From Zygnema circumcarinatum SAG 698-1b (taxonomy: Eukaryota; Plantae; Zygnematophyceae), in contig CM074822.1 of the NCBI GenBank assembly GCA_037447605.1, positions 1-64,000 of the forward strand: a stretch of 64,000 bases of DNA. The letters run 5' to 3'. Of this stretch, positions 35,517 through 47,250 are shown one piece after another. Made by a program: the position numbers and the translations under genes. Under the pieces are notes generated by a model. The model saw only the letters and a list, made by a program, of their open reading frames with translations. It was not told where the DNA came from and ran no database searches. The stretch's first letter is position 1. Each line of letters begins with the position of its first letter.

Positions 35517-35878
35517 ACGGCGGTCGGAGCACCACCTGCGACGAGGCAGGGGCGAGGAGGGGACTGGCGAAGCAGCGGCAGACAGGCCCAAGCCCAGCCC
35601 CCGCCCCGGCATGTGCACAAGCCATTGGGGGCATCGCTGCGCGGCACATGAGGGCCCCCACGGGCGCGGCCGCACGGACTGTCTCGTGCAATGTGCACAT
35701 CGTCATGGCCGAACAAAATTGATCAATTTCATTCACTCAGCTCAAGAGCGCTATTCAAAAAATACATAAAGCCGGTGTCAGGCAGGCCTCACCGCATAAC
35801 CTCCCTCACCCCCCAGTTCCCAAGATGCCCGCTCAGGGCTGAGCCGCAATTCTGATCCTATGCTTCGCTCCAACATGC

Positions 35879-38800
35879 CTAGGGAGCCGGTACACAAAAC
35901 CCGACTTGTATGCCTCTTTTAGTGACTCTGTCGTACTCCTGGCTTCGCAGTGCAAAACAGTAATTCACCTGCACATACCAAGCGAACAAGGTGCCGGAAA
36001 TGAATCAGCCAAACATGCAACGGGACAGAACCCCAATACTGTCAGTGTGAAACATCCAGCAAAAGGTCTTGGGAGATGGTGGCAGTTGCTGCAATAGAAA
36101 CACTCGTTTCCATGCCATAGTTCACAATTTGGACAAGGGTGACTCAACCCACCTCCAGTCGCCCCAACATGGTCGGAAACACAATCCCGAGCCCCGCGGA
36201 GTATCTCATACTGTTTGAAACCTCCTTGGCAAACTCCCGCGGGGCTTGCCGAATTCCTGCAGCGCTTGAAAGCGGCAGCAGGTTTGCGGCACAGGCGAAC
36301 ACGTGGCCATGAATCCCAAACCTCCTGAGCAGCTCGCTGGGCAAGTCAAACGACAGCCCCGCCGTAGCGGCCAGCAGGATGTCCCCCCCCAGCTGGTCGC
36401 GTCCGCTCCCTTCTGCCCGCTCGTCTGTTGGCCCAATCCCGCGTCTCCGAAAGCCGCGCAGCACGTCCGGGCCGCCAATAAAGAAGCGGTCATTGATGAG
36501 GGAGGGGCGGCCCTGGGCGGACCATGGAAGCAGCAGGCCTCCGTGGACAGTTCCGGTAAGCGCAGCGTTGAACAGACCAAGAGGCACTGCCACGTGCGCT
36601 TGTACGTCCTGCACAACTCTCCAGTGACCCACACAGGCTATAGGCGTCACATGACGGCGGCGTGCTGCTATAGTTATGGAGCCTTCAGCTTTAGGGGTTG
36701 CCACTCTGTTTCAGTTAAAGAATTTGATTTGTTCAAAATCTAAGACGGGATATGCAGGGCTTGTTTAATCACTTGGTGGGTACGACACTCAACTCTTGAG
36801 GTTAATAATTGGAAAGTGCCGGCAAGTGTTTCTCCATCCTCCCTTCCATTGATTTTGTTACCTCACCAATACCATCTTTTTCTCGGTAGCTAAGCACTTA
36901 TTCCCAGCCCAAATTCTGCAATAGTGAAGCTGCCTGCAACTAACCGAATGCGTAACCCCAAGTTCAAGTGACAGAAACGCTGTCAAACACACAAGCAAGT
37001 CATCGCTCACCTGCTTCACAAATTGCACAAACTTGGAGCCCGGACCAAGTCCTGCAATCTCCGACGTGGCTGAAAATGCATAGCCCCGCGTGGGTCGCAT
37101 GGTCGAGTCCCTTCGTTCCACGCTGTATGTGTAGTGCACCGATGACAGCAACGAGTGGCCCAACATGCGCCGAATGGCCGGGGATGCTTTCTCAGAGTCC
37201 TTGTTGTTCCTCCAGGAAAGTCTATTGCCCATGTTATGCGAACCAATATGATATCCAATGGATAAACCTCTCACGCCCTGTGTGTGGGAGGAATGGCGCT
37301 TCCAACATCGCCAGAAATATTCCAGTCGCTTGGAGAAGTGCCCACGGCTACCTCCAATGCGCGGAAAATGAAAGCCAAGAGAAAAGTTGCCGCTGCCTTC
37401 CTGTCCATATGCCAGCTGTGCGTCCACTGTTTCGCCATGACCCAGCTTATTCTTCAGGGTTCCTTGTGCCTCCACTGTGTGCTCTTCTCCCTGTGAAGCA
37501 CATAGCACCCTGCTCTATCAGCCATGGATTCCAACTTTCTAGAAGAAAACGCGTCTGCAAGACAATATGACGTAGATGAAAACCCAGCCGGCCTGTGAGC
37601 GATCAAACGAAAGAAATCATATGCAATGCCGAAACTGCTTAAGTTTGGCGGCATTTATCCCACGAACGTGACTTTCCTCCAACTCTCTGTTGTTCGACAA
37701 GGCAGAACATAGCCTAAATTTCATGTGAGGTCCAACATATGACAGAGTGTTAAGGACCCAAACAAAGTAATGGAGAGCAGCATGGAGGAGCAGAGATGGA
37801 GTTGAAAAGATGGAAATGATCAAAGCATTTATTGCAATGTACAGTGTCAGCAAGCAGCTCCAGGCCCTCTTCTGACGAAAAGTGATCAGATCATTCGCTT
37901 TCTATTGGGGAAGTACTATGCAAGAGGCCGCTACCTGAGGTTTTCAATACCTAGTTCCTGGCTTGCATGCTCTGTCAGAGTGTCGCGAGACTGGAAAGCC
38001 TCACGAGTTGTGCACAGATATTGGAAGGTAGCCCAGCTGTAGCGTTAAGTGCCACGTGCATTGCCAAGCTAATGGCGAGGTAATGACTTGAAGCTACTTT
38101 CTACGTTTAGGGTTGGTTTGTTGCGTGCACTTTGGTGCTCTTCTGGCGCACATCCGCTGTACAAGTTCCCAGGGCGTCCATGGAACGGCATGTGCATGTC
38201 ATCCCGGTGGCTACCTGCGGTCTCTCCACGCAGGTAGCCACAAAGAGCACCTCTGGCCTTGACGCAGGTATTTAATATACAAATCATGCCTTTGCGGATC
38301 TCTCTCTGAATGTACTCCTCTCTTTCAGCCCAACTTAAACACTTTGCTTATGAAAATCTATGAATCCTGAGCATTCGCATATAATCACCCTTTTCAAAAC
38401 TTCTTATGCAAAGCAGAGTGCATCTCGGTTCAAACTTCAAAAAAAAAATAAGTTAGGTCCCTTGAGAACTTGTCTTTTGCATAGACTAAAAAAAAAAAAA
38501 TACAAAATGCAGCAGAATCCAGCCACGTTTCAAAAAAATCGAAAGGAATTTTTTTTTGGCTTGTCTAGTTACCTGTATAAACGTTCCAACACTTGCAGAA
38601 TGTCCCGCATTCTCCTTGACAGTCACATACACATCCGCTGTTCCGAAATCCGGCCCTTCGTCTGCCTCAATAGTCACACTTTCAAAGATGCCCAAGGCCA
38701 GCAGGCCGTTTCTAGCCTCTTCCAAACCTTCATTGAGCTCTTGAAAGGTGGTGGCCACGTTGGCAGCCTCCAGCTCGTGCTTAATAACGTGCTCTCTGGT

Positions 38801-39013
38801 TCTCTCGTTCCCCCTGATGATAATTTCATGTATGCGGCAGGGCTTGTCCTTGATTTCTTCTAGCAGCCGGGCCGAGTCCAGCGAGGCTCCATCTTCCGCG
38901 TCTTCCTCGTCCCACTCCTCTTCTTCGTCTCCTCCATTCTGATCGTGCGGCAGCTCATTCACATGCGCAGGTTCTGTGTGACGCGGCTCCGCAGGCTGCT
39001 GCTCGGCAGCCAT
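35879..39013 (-). CDS. SAM50: Mitochondrial outer-membrane Omp85-family protein SAM50/TOB55, 4 exons
   Basis: POTRA domain (RIHEIIIRGNERTREHVI...LGIFESVTI), GHSLLSSVHYTY...RRDSTMRPTRGY, DRFFIGG..LRGFRRRGIGP, RYSAGLGIVFPTMLGRLE | VNYCFALR...GIQVGF; stop at 35879-35881. Confidence 0.93.
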
Positions 39014-40772
39014 GGCCGGGCCCGCCGCAGTGAGAGGGCGAGGGCAGTGCTGAGCGGAGTGGAGGTGAGCGCTTCCTTCCAAGGTCCGAGGGAGAGAGGG
39101 AGGGAGGGGGGGAGCGCCCTCGCGGCGAGGGCATCGTCAAATAAGGGAATTTTTGAAAAAACAAATCCCTTAAATCCCTTGAGCAAGACTCAGATTTTTG
39201 CTTCATAGAAAGCCGCCTGTATATGGAAAAAACTAGAAAAAAAAAACTTAACGAGGCGTGTACGACGTACGGATGAAACGAAATACCCGCCCGCCCGCCC
39301 GCCCGCCCGCCCGCCTGCCTCGCTGTTGGCTTGTCTCTTTTGAAGCCCGACATGCCGCCAATGACGGAGAGCAAGACGAAGGCTGTGATGTTCCAACAAG
39401 GGCACGACAACACGAGTGGTCGCAAGGTCGCTGCTCGACTCACCAACAACAACAGGCCTTGGGTACGGGTCTCAGTTGAAGGGCTTGTGCGTAACTTTCA
39501 GTTGTTGGCATTGCCACGGGTTGGTTGACCGGCGTGTTGATGCTTGAAGCGTCGGTGAAGTTCATGGATTCTTCATGCAGCCACTCCCTATGGCGAGAAA
39601 CATTAGACCCGAGCGCAGCGGGTGCTAAAGAAGAGTGGGAAAAAGGCCAGAAAAGGGTGTGTCCACTTGTGGAGGCAGTGATGATGTGATGACATTCGAA
39701 TGCTAATATGAGACCAAAACTTCTTCCAAAGTATAAAGAAAGTACAAAATAGTACGAGCAAGTACAAAAAAGGTACAAATCCTTTAATTCCCTTGAACGA
39801 AACTCAAAAGTATCCCTTAATGGAGTTAAAAACGACAAACGACCTTCGCGGCTGCTTCTAGGGCTCCGTTGTTGTGCCTAGGCGTAGTTTTCCGCTCCTA
39901 GCTTCGTTTTATCGTGTTTCGGTCCTTTGCGACCAGTCCCTCGTGGTTCCACATTTTGCTTTTGTCCATGTACATTTGATGGCCTCGCCATCGCGAGTTC
40001 AATGAAAGTTTCCCACAAAAACGAGTTTTATGCGAATTCCATTGTTTGACAGGGCAGCCGTACGGCGCCGTACAGTTCCGCGTACAGTACTGTACTGTTG
40101 CGTAAAGTACAGTACGGGTTCGTACGGTCCATGCGCGGCCTCCCGCGAGTTTGTCGTCGAGCAGCGCTGTCCGGCTTATGTCCGAGGGCTTCCGTCCGCG
40201 GGAGGGAGGGAGGGAGGGAGGAAGGAGGGGGGGCATGCGTGGGAGGAAAGGAAGTGGAGTCAGCGCTGGACGGGAGAGGAGGAGGTCCTGCAAGGCTGTC
40301 CGCTCAGCTCATGCCATGAACGACTGCTTCCGTCGCCGGCAATTCTGCCCAATTACTTCGACATTTCAGCAGCTCCACTTCATCGTTGTGAGACATTCAG
40401 TGGGGTTGGCGAGGTTCCGGCTCGTTTGGCCCTGTAAAAGAAATCGGAATTCTTTGCAGCCGTAATGACCAGACAACTTTCGACCCAGAAACCGACACCA
40501 TTTAAAAAGAGGGACCACTTGCAGCTTGCGCCTGACTGTCGTGGCTACACGCTACTACTTTACAGCGCGCGGTCATCTACTGCGGCTGTCCATCCATCGC
40601 ACTATACAGCGCCTCCGGCGAGGGCACATGCCGTCCCACACTACCAACTTCACGAACCGCGGTCGAGAGCGGATGTGCAGAATGATGCTGAAGGTGAGCG
40701 GCTGTACACTGTCCTTCCCCGTCTCCAAGTGCGGACCTGCTAATGTTTAATTTATTCTCCCCACGCAGTCCG

Positions 40773-43700
40773 TCACCGTCTCTTTCGTCGCCCCACAGGA
40801 GGAACGGGTTTGGGAGAGACGGGCTGGCGAGTCACGAGCCACTGCATGCCAGTCCCCAGGATTAGGGCAGACGTCAGCTCTGGCAACCGCCAAGATGGGC
40901 ACTGCAAGTCACTACATGTAAACGCTGCGCTGCATCTCCGCACCTTCACAAGGCGCTGCGCTACAATGCAGAGGACCACAAAAGCGAGAAGAGTGAGCCA
41001 AAGCCCAAGGCTGAGCCGCCATTGTTGTCGAAGCTGAAGTTTCAGCTGCCGAAGATGCCTGTGCTCCCACACCCGCAAAACAGACAGAATGTGATCACCT
41101 CCACTAGCAGCATTTCATCTCCGAGCCCCTAAACCCTCACTTCAAGTGGCAAGTTCACAATCAGGACGCTTCTGTAAGCAATATTACAAGCGCATCTGAC
41201 TTCAAAGAGTGGCATTCACATTCATAGAGCATGCAGCTGACACAAGGGTGCATGGCCGCCTGCACACTCACACATCAGCAGCCATGAAGTCCGGTTGCAG
41301 CCGCAACGCTTCTTCGAACCCCAAAACAGCCTCTTCCTGTGAGCCGCTCCCACCATACTGCCGCCAATGTCAGCAATTGGCGAGACTGGCAAGACTTCAA
41401 GCAATGCAGCGCTCACTTGACGACAACTGGGAAGAAGGGAAGGGAGCAGCAGCGACCTTTCTGCCAAGGGTTACGAGCACATTGGCAAGGCTGAAATGCA
41501 GCAGAACATGCTGCGCATCCTGCAGCAGGCCCTGCCGGAATGCCTCCGCCTGCATACCTCCGCCAAACCTTCTACAGATTGGAGCTGCACCGTATCTGCA
41601 AACTTTAAATCGTCCATGTGAATATAAAATCCACTACCACACAAATGAAAAAACTTAAACATGCGATTATCACAGTGATAAAATCAAAGAGAAAAAGCAT
41701 GGGGGTTTTCTCACAGTCAGCAAAAAGGGACCAGAATCAAAGTCAGCTGGAAATTGGGTTGTCGCACTCCAAAATCTGAGATCCTTACAGCCTTTTGCAC
41801 GTTGCCGAGGATGTAGTGGATGCTTCCCAAATTCAGGTACAGATCAGGATGCGTCTGCTCCACCCAGAAGAGCATAAAGTAAGGCCCTTCGCACCTCCCT
41901 GTGCACACTACTTCTGCATTGTTCAGAGCAGCCAAAGATGCTACCTTTAGGCGAATGGCCTGTTCCATGCAGTCCAGCGCGCGGTGGTAGCTCCCTTTGG
42001 CGCGATGCGCGTTGCCCAAGTCATTCCAAACCCGCGCGTCCTGCAACCCTAAAAACCCTAAGAACCCTAAAACCCTAAAAACCCTTAAAACCCTAAAACC
42101 CTACAAACTCTAAAAACCCTAAAAACCCTACAAAACCTAAAAACCCTAAAAACCGCCCGCATGCATGCTGCGGCTCTTAGCCCACTGCTCACTGCTCAGT
42201 GCTCGGCCACTCGCCAGCTGTCGCCATCCCATTGGCAAGGGCCGTATCCCACCGACCTGAGGCTCAAGTTTCGCCGTTCTTTCCAGAATCTCCAGCGCCG
42301 CGTCCACCCCGCCGTACCTTCACGTGGGCCCCACCACCCTCTCGCGGCGGCTCAGCTGCAGCCATAGAATGTCATCTTCCCATAGAAGGCCGGCAATAGG
42401 GGCAGGCACCTTCGTACCTAGTGAACAGGGAGGCCATTGCCAGTTCTTGCCGATGAGATATCAGCGAAGCACCTGTTAAAGGCGGCTCACTGCCCCCACC
42501 GACCGGCGAGTGTCCATTTACAGCAGGTCCATTGACGGGGTCGCAAGTGGGTCCCTTCATTTGGCAGCGAGAAGATGCAGCAGTTGCCGAGGAGGAAGAT
42601 GCTGACCCTGGGTCACCAGGCACGCTGCACACATGGCGGCTTCCCCAGCCCATGTTGCCATTTATACCAAAAGAAGCGAATCGGGATTGCACCTTCTTCA
42701 AAGCCGTGTTGTGGCGGAACATGAGCACAGTCGCCTGCTGACTCGTGCTATACACCGTCCGCTTCTCTGCTACCTTCCCGTTCTCTTGCCAGAAAGCATG
42801 CGAACGAGGGTACATTGCACTTGCCGCAAACTGCTGCCCTGCGTTCATCTCCGCCATCTCAAACTCGGTGGCTTTCATTGCCAAATATTCCTCTGCTCGC
42901 CGCATGGCTGCCTGTACTGCTTCAGCAACAGCTTCTGCTAAAGGAGAGTTCACATTGTACTGTGATGCATGGTTTAAAGCGCAATTCATCGCCATTTTTG
43001 GTCCATGTGGGACTGCTCCAACTGGCCCGTATGCAGCACATTCCGGTTTGTCCACAGGAGACGTCCAGTGGGGAGCAGAAGGAGCTCCATGGCCAACGGA
43101 ATGTGCTGAAATCATGGGAATGCGGATCACTTCCTCCATATTTCCCCCGCACGAGCACACCTGAACATCCGCCTCTGCCTTCTCTTTCTCTTTCACGCAC
43201 TGAGCCTCTCTCTGTTGCGAGCATCTGGCCGCGCAGTTGCACCGTGCTGCTCCGCAATTCGCAGAGACTTCGCTACGCCTGAATTCAGGACAAGAAGCAC
43301 TGCCCCCCACAGGATACCCAGTTCAACAACGAAAGCTCTGTTGCAACAGGATCACACCTATATGAGTCATGATGTGTTTTACATTCGACACGGCAAGGAC
43401 GGACACAGAGTGAAGAACGAGATATAAAAATAATAGGGTCTGGCGAATGACGAGAGATTGCGGCGGAACACAAGGAGACTTCGTCTTATTGACTAGCCCG
43501 TCAGGTAGGCCTGTGTGGCACGCCGCTAAGCTGGGAGACATCTGCAAATAGAACTGAATGCTGGGAAGAGGCGAGGAAGGATGCAATAGACAGGAGAGGA
43601 AGGCAGACGTTGCTGTAAGATGGCAGCCATTGCCACTTCCTATCGTGGATGCCACATCCGTCGCTTAAATTCCACGAAGTGCTGAGTTTCCGGGCAAAGC

Positions 43701-44692
43701 GGCGGCGTGGAGAAGAGTGCGAGGGAAAGTAGGGACAAGAAACTCAAGGAGTTCAAGTCAAAATGAAAGGGCGGTAAGGGAAGAAATGCAAGCTTTGGCG
43801 CGTACAGAGAAAGGCAAGTGGTCATATTTGATGCAGAGGGGCACAGGTAGGCAGAAGAAATGGAGGAAGCAACGTGGAAGGAGGAAAACGGAAAGGACGA
43901 GAGAGGATTCGTAATTTGAAAAAAGGAACGAAGATGAAAAGTGGAAAAAATGGGAACACGAGAAGGTGATGAAGCAGGAAAGGGAGGTGGAGCGGGCAAA
44001 AATAGACAAAGTGAGAGGACAGGAGAAAATTAAGGAAGGAGCGGGGAGCGTTCCACGGAAAAAAGGGCTATTTACGACGAGACGAATTAGCCAGGAAAGG
44101 TAACGAGAGGCAGGAAGGGAGTAGAATAGAACACGACGGAGAACGTGGTGGGGGAATGGACGAGAGAGACATGAGACGAGAAAAAGGAATGGCAGAAGTA
44201 GAAAGAAGATGGAAAGTGAATGACGGGACAAATGCACTGTTTTGATGCCGCTGTTCCCCCCCTGAAGTGTTTATCGTCTGTCTGCAGAATGAGTGCTCGT
44301 CCTCAAAATTTCCTCATCTCGAGCTGAAGCGTGAGCATGCTGAGTGGCGAAATCTGCAATAGTTGTGACGGGTGCAGAGGGAGGTGCGGATAGGAGCACC
44401 GGCGCCAGCTGAGCCCCCGGCACTCGGCGGAGCGGCCCGGAAGGGGGAGGGGAGGGGGGGAGAAGCGAGGGAGAGGAAGAGGGACTTACTCGGGCGACGT
44501 GTGCGCGTGCGCGTGCAGCGCAGCGCGCGCGGCGGCGAGGGACGCGGCGAAGGGCAGACGCGCGTCGGCGGCGAGCAGGTCCAGAAGGCCCTTCTCCTCG
44601 CTCAGCAGCCATGGCGAGGCGCACCCGCCGGGCAGCACCAGCAGCACCGCGCCCAGCAGCGCACCCACCGCGCGCTGCGCTCTCTCCGCCAT
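40773..44692 (-). CDS. Signal-peptide + TPR-repeat + C-terminal transmembrane protein (TTC17-like), multi-exon; model tentative
   Basis: MAERAQRAVGALLGAVLLVLPGGCA signal peptide; large exon ~43160-42419; TPR exons DARVWNDLGNAHRAKGSYHRALDCMEQAIRL, PDLYLNLGSIHYILG, LLHFSLANVLVTLG, EEAVLGFEEALRLQPDF; TM segment LSLGLWLTLLAFVVLCIVA; tail PVGRRKRR*. Confidence 0.7.
42045..42154. repeat. Degenerate telomere-like (TTTTAGGG/TTTTTAGGG) interstitial array in an intron
   Basis: About 12 units of A(3-5)CCCT on the + strand. Confidence 0.8.
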
Positions 44693-45362
44693 GGCCTCCC
44701 ACTTCCCCTCCCCCCTGCGCGTAAGCGTGCGGGTGGACGAGTGGCGCCCCGCCGCGGCCCGTCCGTACAGCGCGGGGAGGGCCGTACGGGGAGGGCTCCA
44801 ATGGGCGGGCGGGCAGGCATCCCTCGGCCCTGCGCCCCGCGCCCTCTGCCCTCGACCGCACCACACCGCGACAGAAACGAGTATTCGGGGGAGGGAGGTA
44901 CCCGCCTGCCCGCCCACCGGGACTGTACTCGTTTTGACTCACTACTCACTGCGGCCGTGCTCGCCCGCGAGGAACCGAACCCGCGGCAGGCCGTACAGGC
45001 CCAGCCCGGCCCGGGCCGCCCTGCGGCCGTACGGAGAGAGCGAGCGAGCGAGCGAGCACCGCACGGCGTACGGCAGCCGGGCGGGGCCGTACGGTGATCC
45101 GTACGGCGGGCGGGCGCGAGCCCCGCTTTGGCGCGTGCGGGGGAAGGACCCCTCCCCTGCCGTACGGCCTCGCCCGGCACGCGGGCCGCCAGCACTCGCG
45201 CGCGTGTCCGTCTCTCTCTGGGCGAGCGAGCGGGCGGGCGGACGCGCGGAGGGAGGGGAGGGGAAGGACTACTCGCGACTCCACTGCTACCACTACCTCT
45301 ACCGCTACCTCTACCGCAGAGGGGAGGCGAGGCGAGGCGAAGGGAGGCGAAGGCGAGGCGGT
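44693..45362. promoter_or_regulatory. Putative bidirectional promoter between the TPR gene and the SOUL gene, with a CCGTAC(GG) cluster
   Basis: Head-to-head ATGs 670 bp apart; GC-rich; (C)CGTAC at 44763, 44782, 44991, 45027, 45067, 45087, 45099 and 45160. Confidence 0.6.
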
Positions 45363-46777
45363 ATGGGGCTGGTGCTGGGCAAGACGGACGGCTTGGAGCA
45401 GCCGCGCTACGAGGTGCTGGACAGGGCCGGGGCCTGTGAGGTCCGCAAGTACTCGCCCTACCTCATCGCGGAGGTGGGTCACTCACGCCACTGGCGCTGC
45501 AGCACTTGGTTGTGCAGTTCTCTTGCTCCTTTTTCAGGTGTGGCTGAGATGCCTCTTGCTATATTTGAGTGTTTGAAAAATTCACTCCATGGTAAGTTCT
45601 TTAACCTGCTCCATGGTGTTCCTGTTAGGCATCCTCTACTATAGCATCCGCTTCGTTTCAATCTTCCCCCGTAGATTCCAGCCATGCATCACCTGTCCGT
45701 GTCTTTAAGTCTCCTTTCTTTCTCGTCCTCAATATCAAGCTAGCTGAATTTCTGCACCTGTTTTCTTTCGGCAGGTCATTTACACCGGCACACACTTCCA
45801 GGTTGCGCACACAGCTCCCGCCCTGTGCTGCTCTTGCGCAGCAGAGAAGGGAAAGCTGCATCCGTTGCTGCTGCTGTGATGAGGGCAGCGTTCTGGGCAC
45901 GCGAATTTTTTTGTGATGCATGAAGGTTTCCCGAAGCCACTGGAAGCTCTCGATCATGAGTCTGATCCTGCCTGCTGGCTGACCGGACGCACCTCGGGCC
46001 CTGGCATGCGGGGGTGGGATTTGGAGTGCAGAGTGGAGCCGATGGGGGCTTTATGACTTTGGCGAACTACCTAGGTGTTGGGGGCAAACCTAAGAACGTG
46101 AAAGCTGGCGGAACGGAGTCAGAGAAAATTGCAATGACGGCTCCTGTGATCACGCAGGAGGCACAAGTTGGAGAAAAAATAGCCATGACAGCCCCTGTCA
46201 TCACATGTGAGTTTCGCAGACCGTTCTCGTTCCGATGTGTCTTGGAGATGAAGACCTCGTCATGCATGTGGACACACCTCGGGCTGCAGAAATATGGGCC
46301 ACGGCTGTGGTGTTTTGAAGTGCTGTTTTTGTCGCTGTGCTGTCACTGCGTCGGCGAACAACGCAGGAGACTGAACATGGTCATTTCTCCATGACATTCT
46401 GCAAGGGAAGATATTTCACGTTTGAAAACTGTTTTTGGGCTTGTACAGCTGAGAGCAAAGAAGAGTCGGCTGGCGGCAAACGAACGAGCATGCAGTTTGT
46501 GCTGCCCTCCAAGTACACTATGGAGACCATTCCGCAGCCCACCGACCCCAAGGTGAGCATCAAGGAGGTGCCCGAGCAGACCATGGGCGTCATCACCTTC
46601 AGCGGAATGACTAACTACTCTGACATTGAAAACGAATCCACCAAGTTACGAGGTGCGCTTGACGCTCTTGGTTGGAATGTAGTGGGCGACTATGTACTCG
46701 CCAGGTACAATCCTCCGTTCACAATTCCATTTTTGAGAAAAAACGAAATACTGTATCATGTAGAAAAGAAGAACTAG
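45363..46777 (+). CDS. SOUL-family heme-binding protein (plant MG-start type), 4 exons including a 27-nt micro-exon near 45776-45801
   Basis: MGLVLGK...EQPRYEV...EVRKYSPYLIAE | VIYTGTHFQ | GFMTLANYLG...EKIAMTAPVIT (x2) | MQFVLPSKY...P.PTDPKV...LARYNPPFTIPFLRKNEI. Confidence 0.93.
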
Positions 46778-47250
46778 TAAATTTCTGATGGAAACGACAT
46801 TCTGTCAACTTGGACGGTTTATTCAACACCTGTGAAGACTTCAGCCTGAAAGTTCCAAGTGACTGTTATGGGATAAGCTGGGCTCTAAAAAAAAAAAAAA
46901 CCTTATATTGCTGTAATGCCAATCTAACTCAGGATGCATATGCAGCTTGTCTATGTCATGTTGCCCACACGTTGGTTTCATATCCTACCTGCGTCCGCAG
47001 CAAGAATTACAGACTTGAAAAATCTTGTCGACAATCTGTTATCAATTGCCATGAGTCGACAAGATTGCCAGATGGGCTTTAAACAATCGTATGAACTGTC
47101 CTACCTAAATGTTGCATCAACATGTACGAGAAAGTCCTCTAAGCTCAAACATATACAATGGACAGCTATGGCGACGAAGATTTGTACACTGTACATTCGC
47201 TCGTAGTGTTTGCAATGACGGGGGAGGAAGCGAGAGCCCCTGGCGGCCAT

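Noticed and set aside
35007-35769. Gly- or Pro-rich (extensin-like) ORFs
   Set aside because: All frames are open only because the 27-bp G-rich minisatellite has no stop codons.
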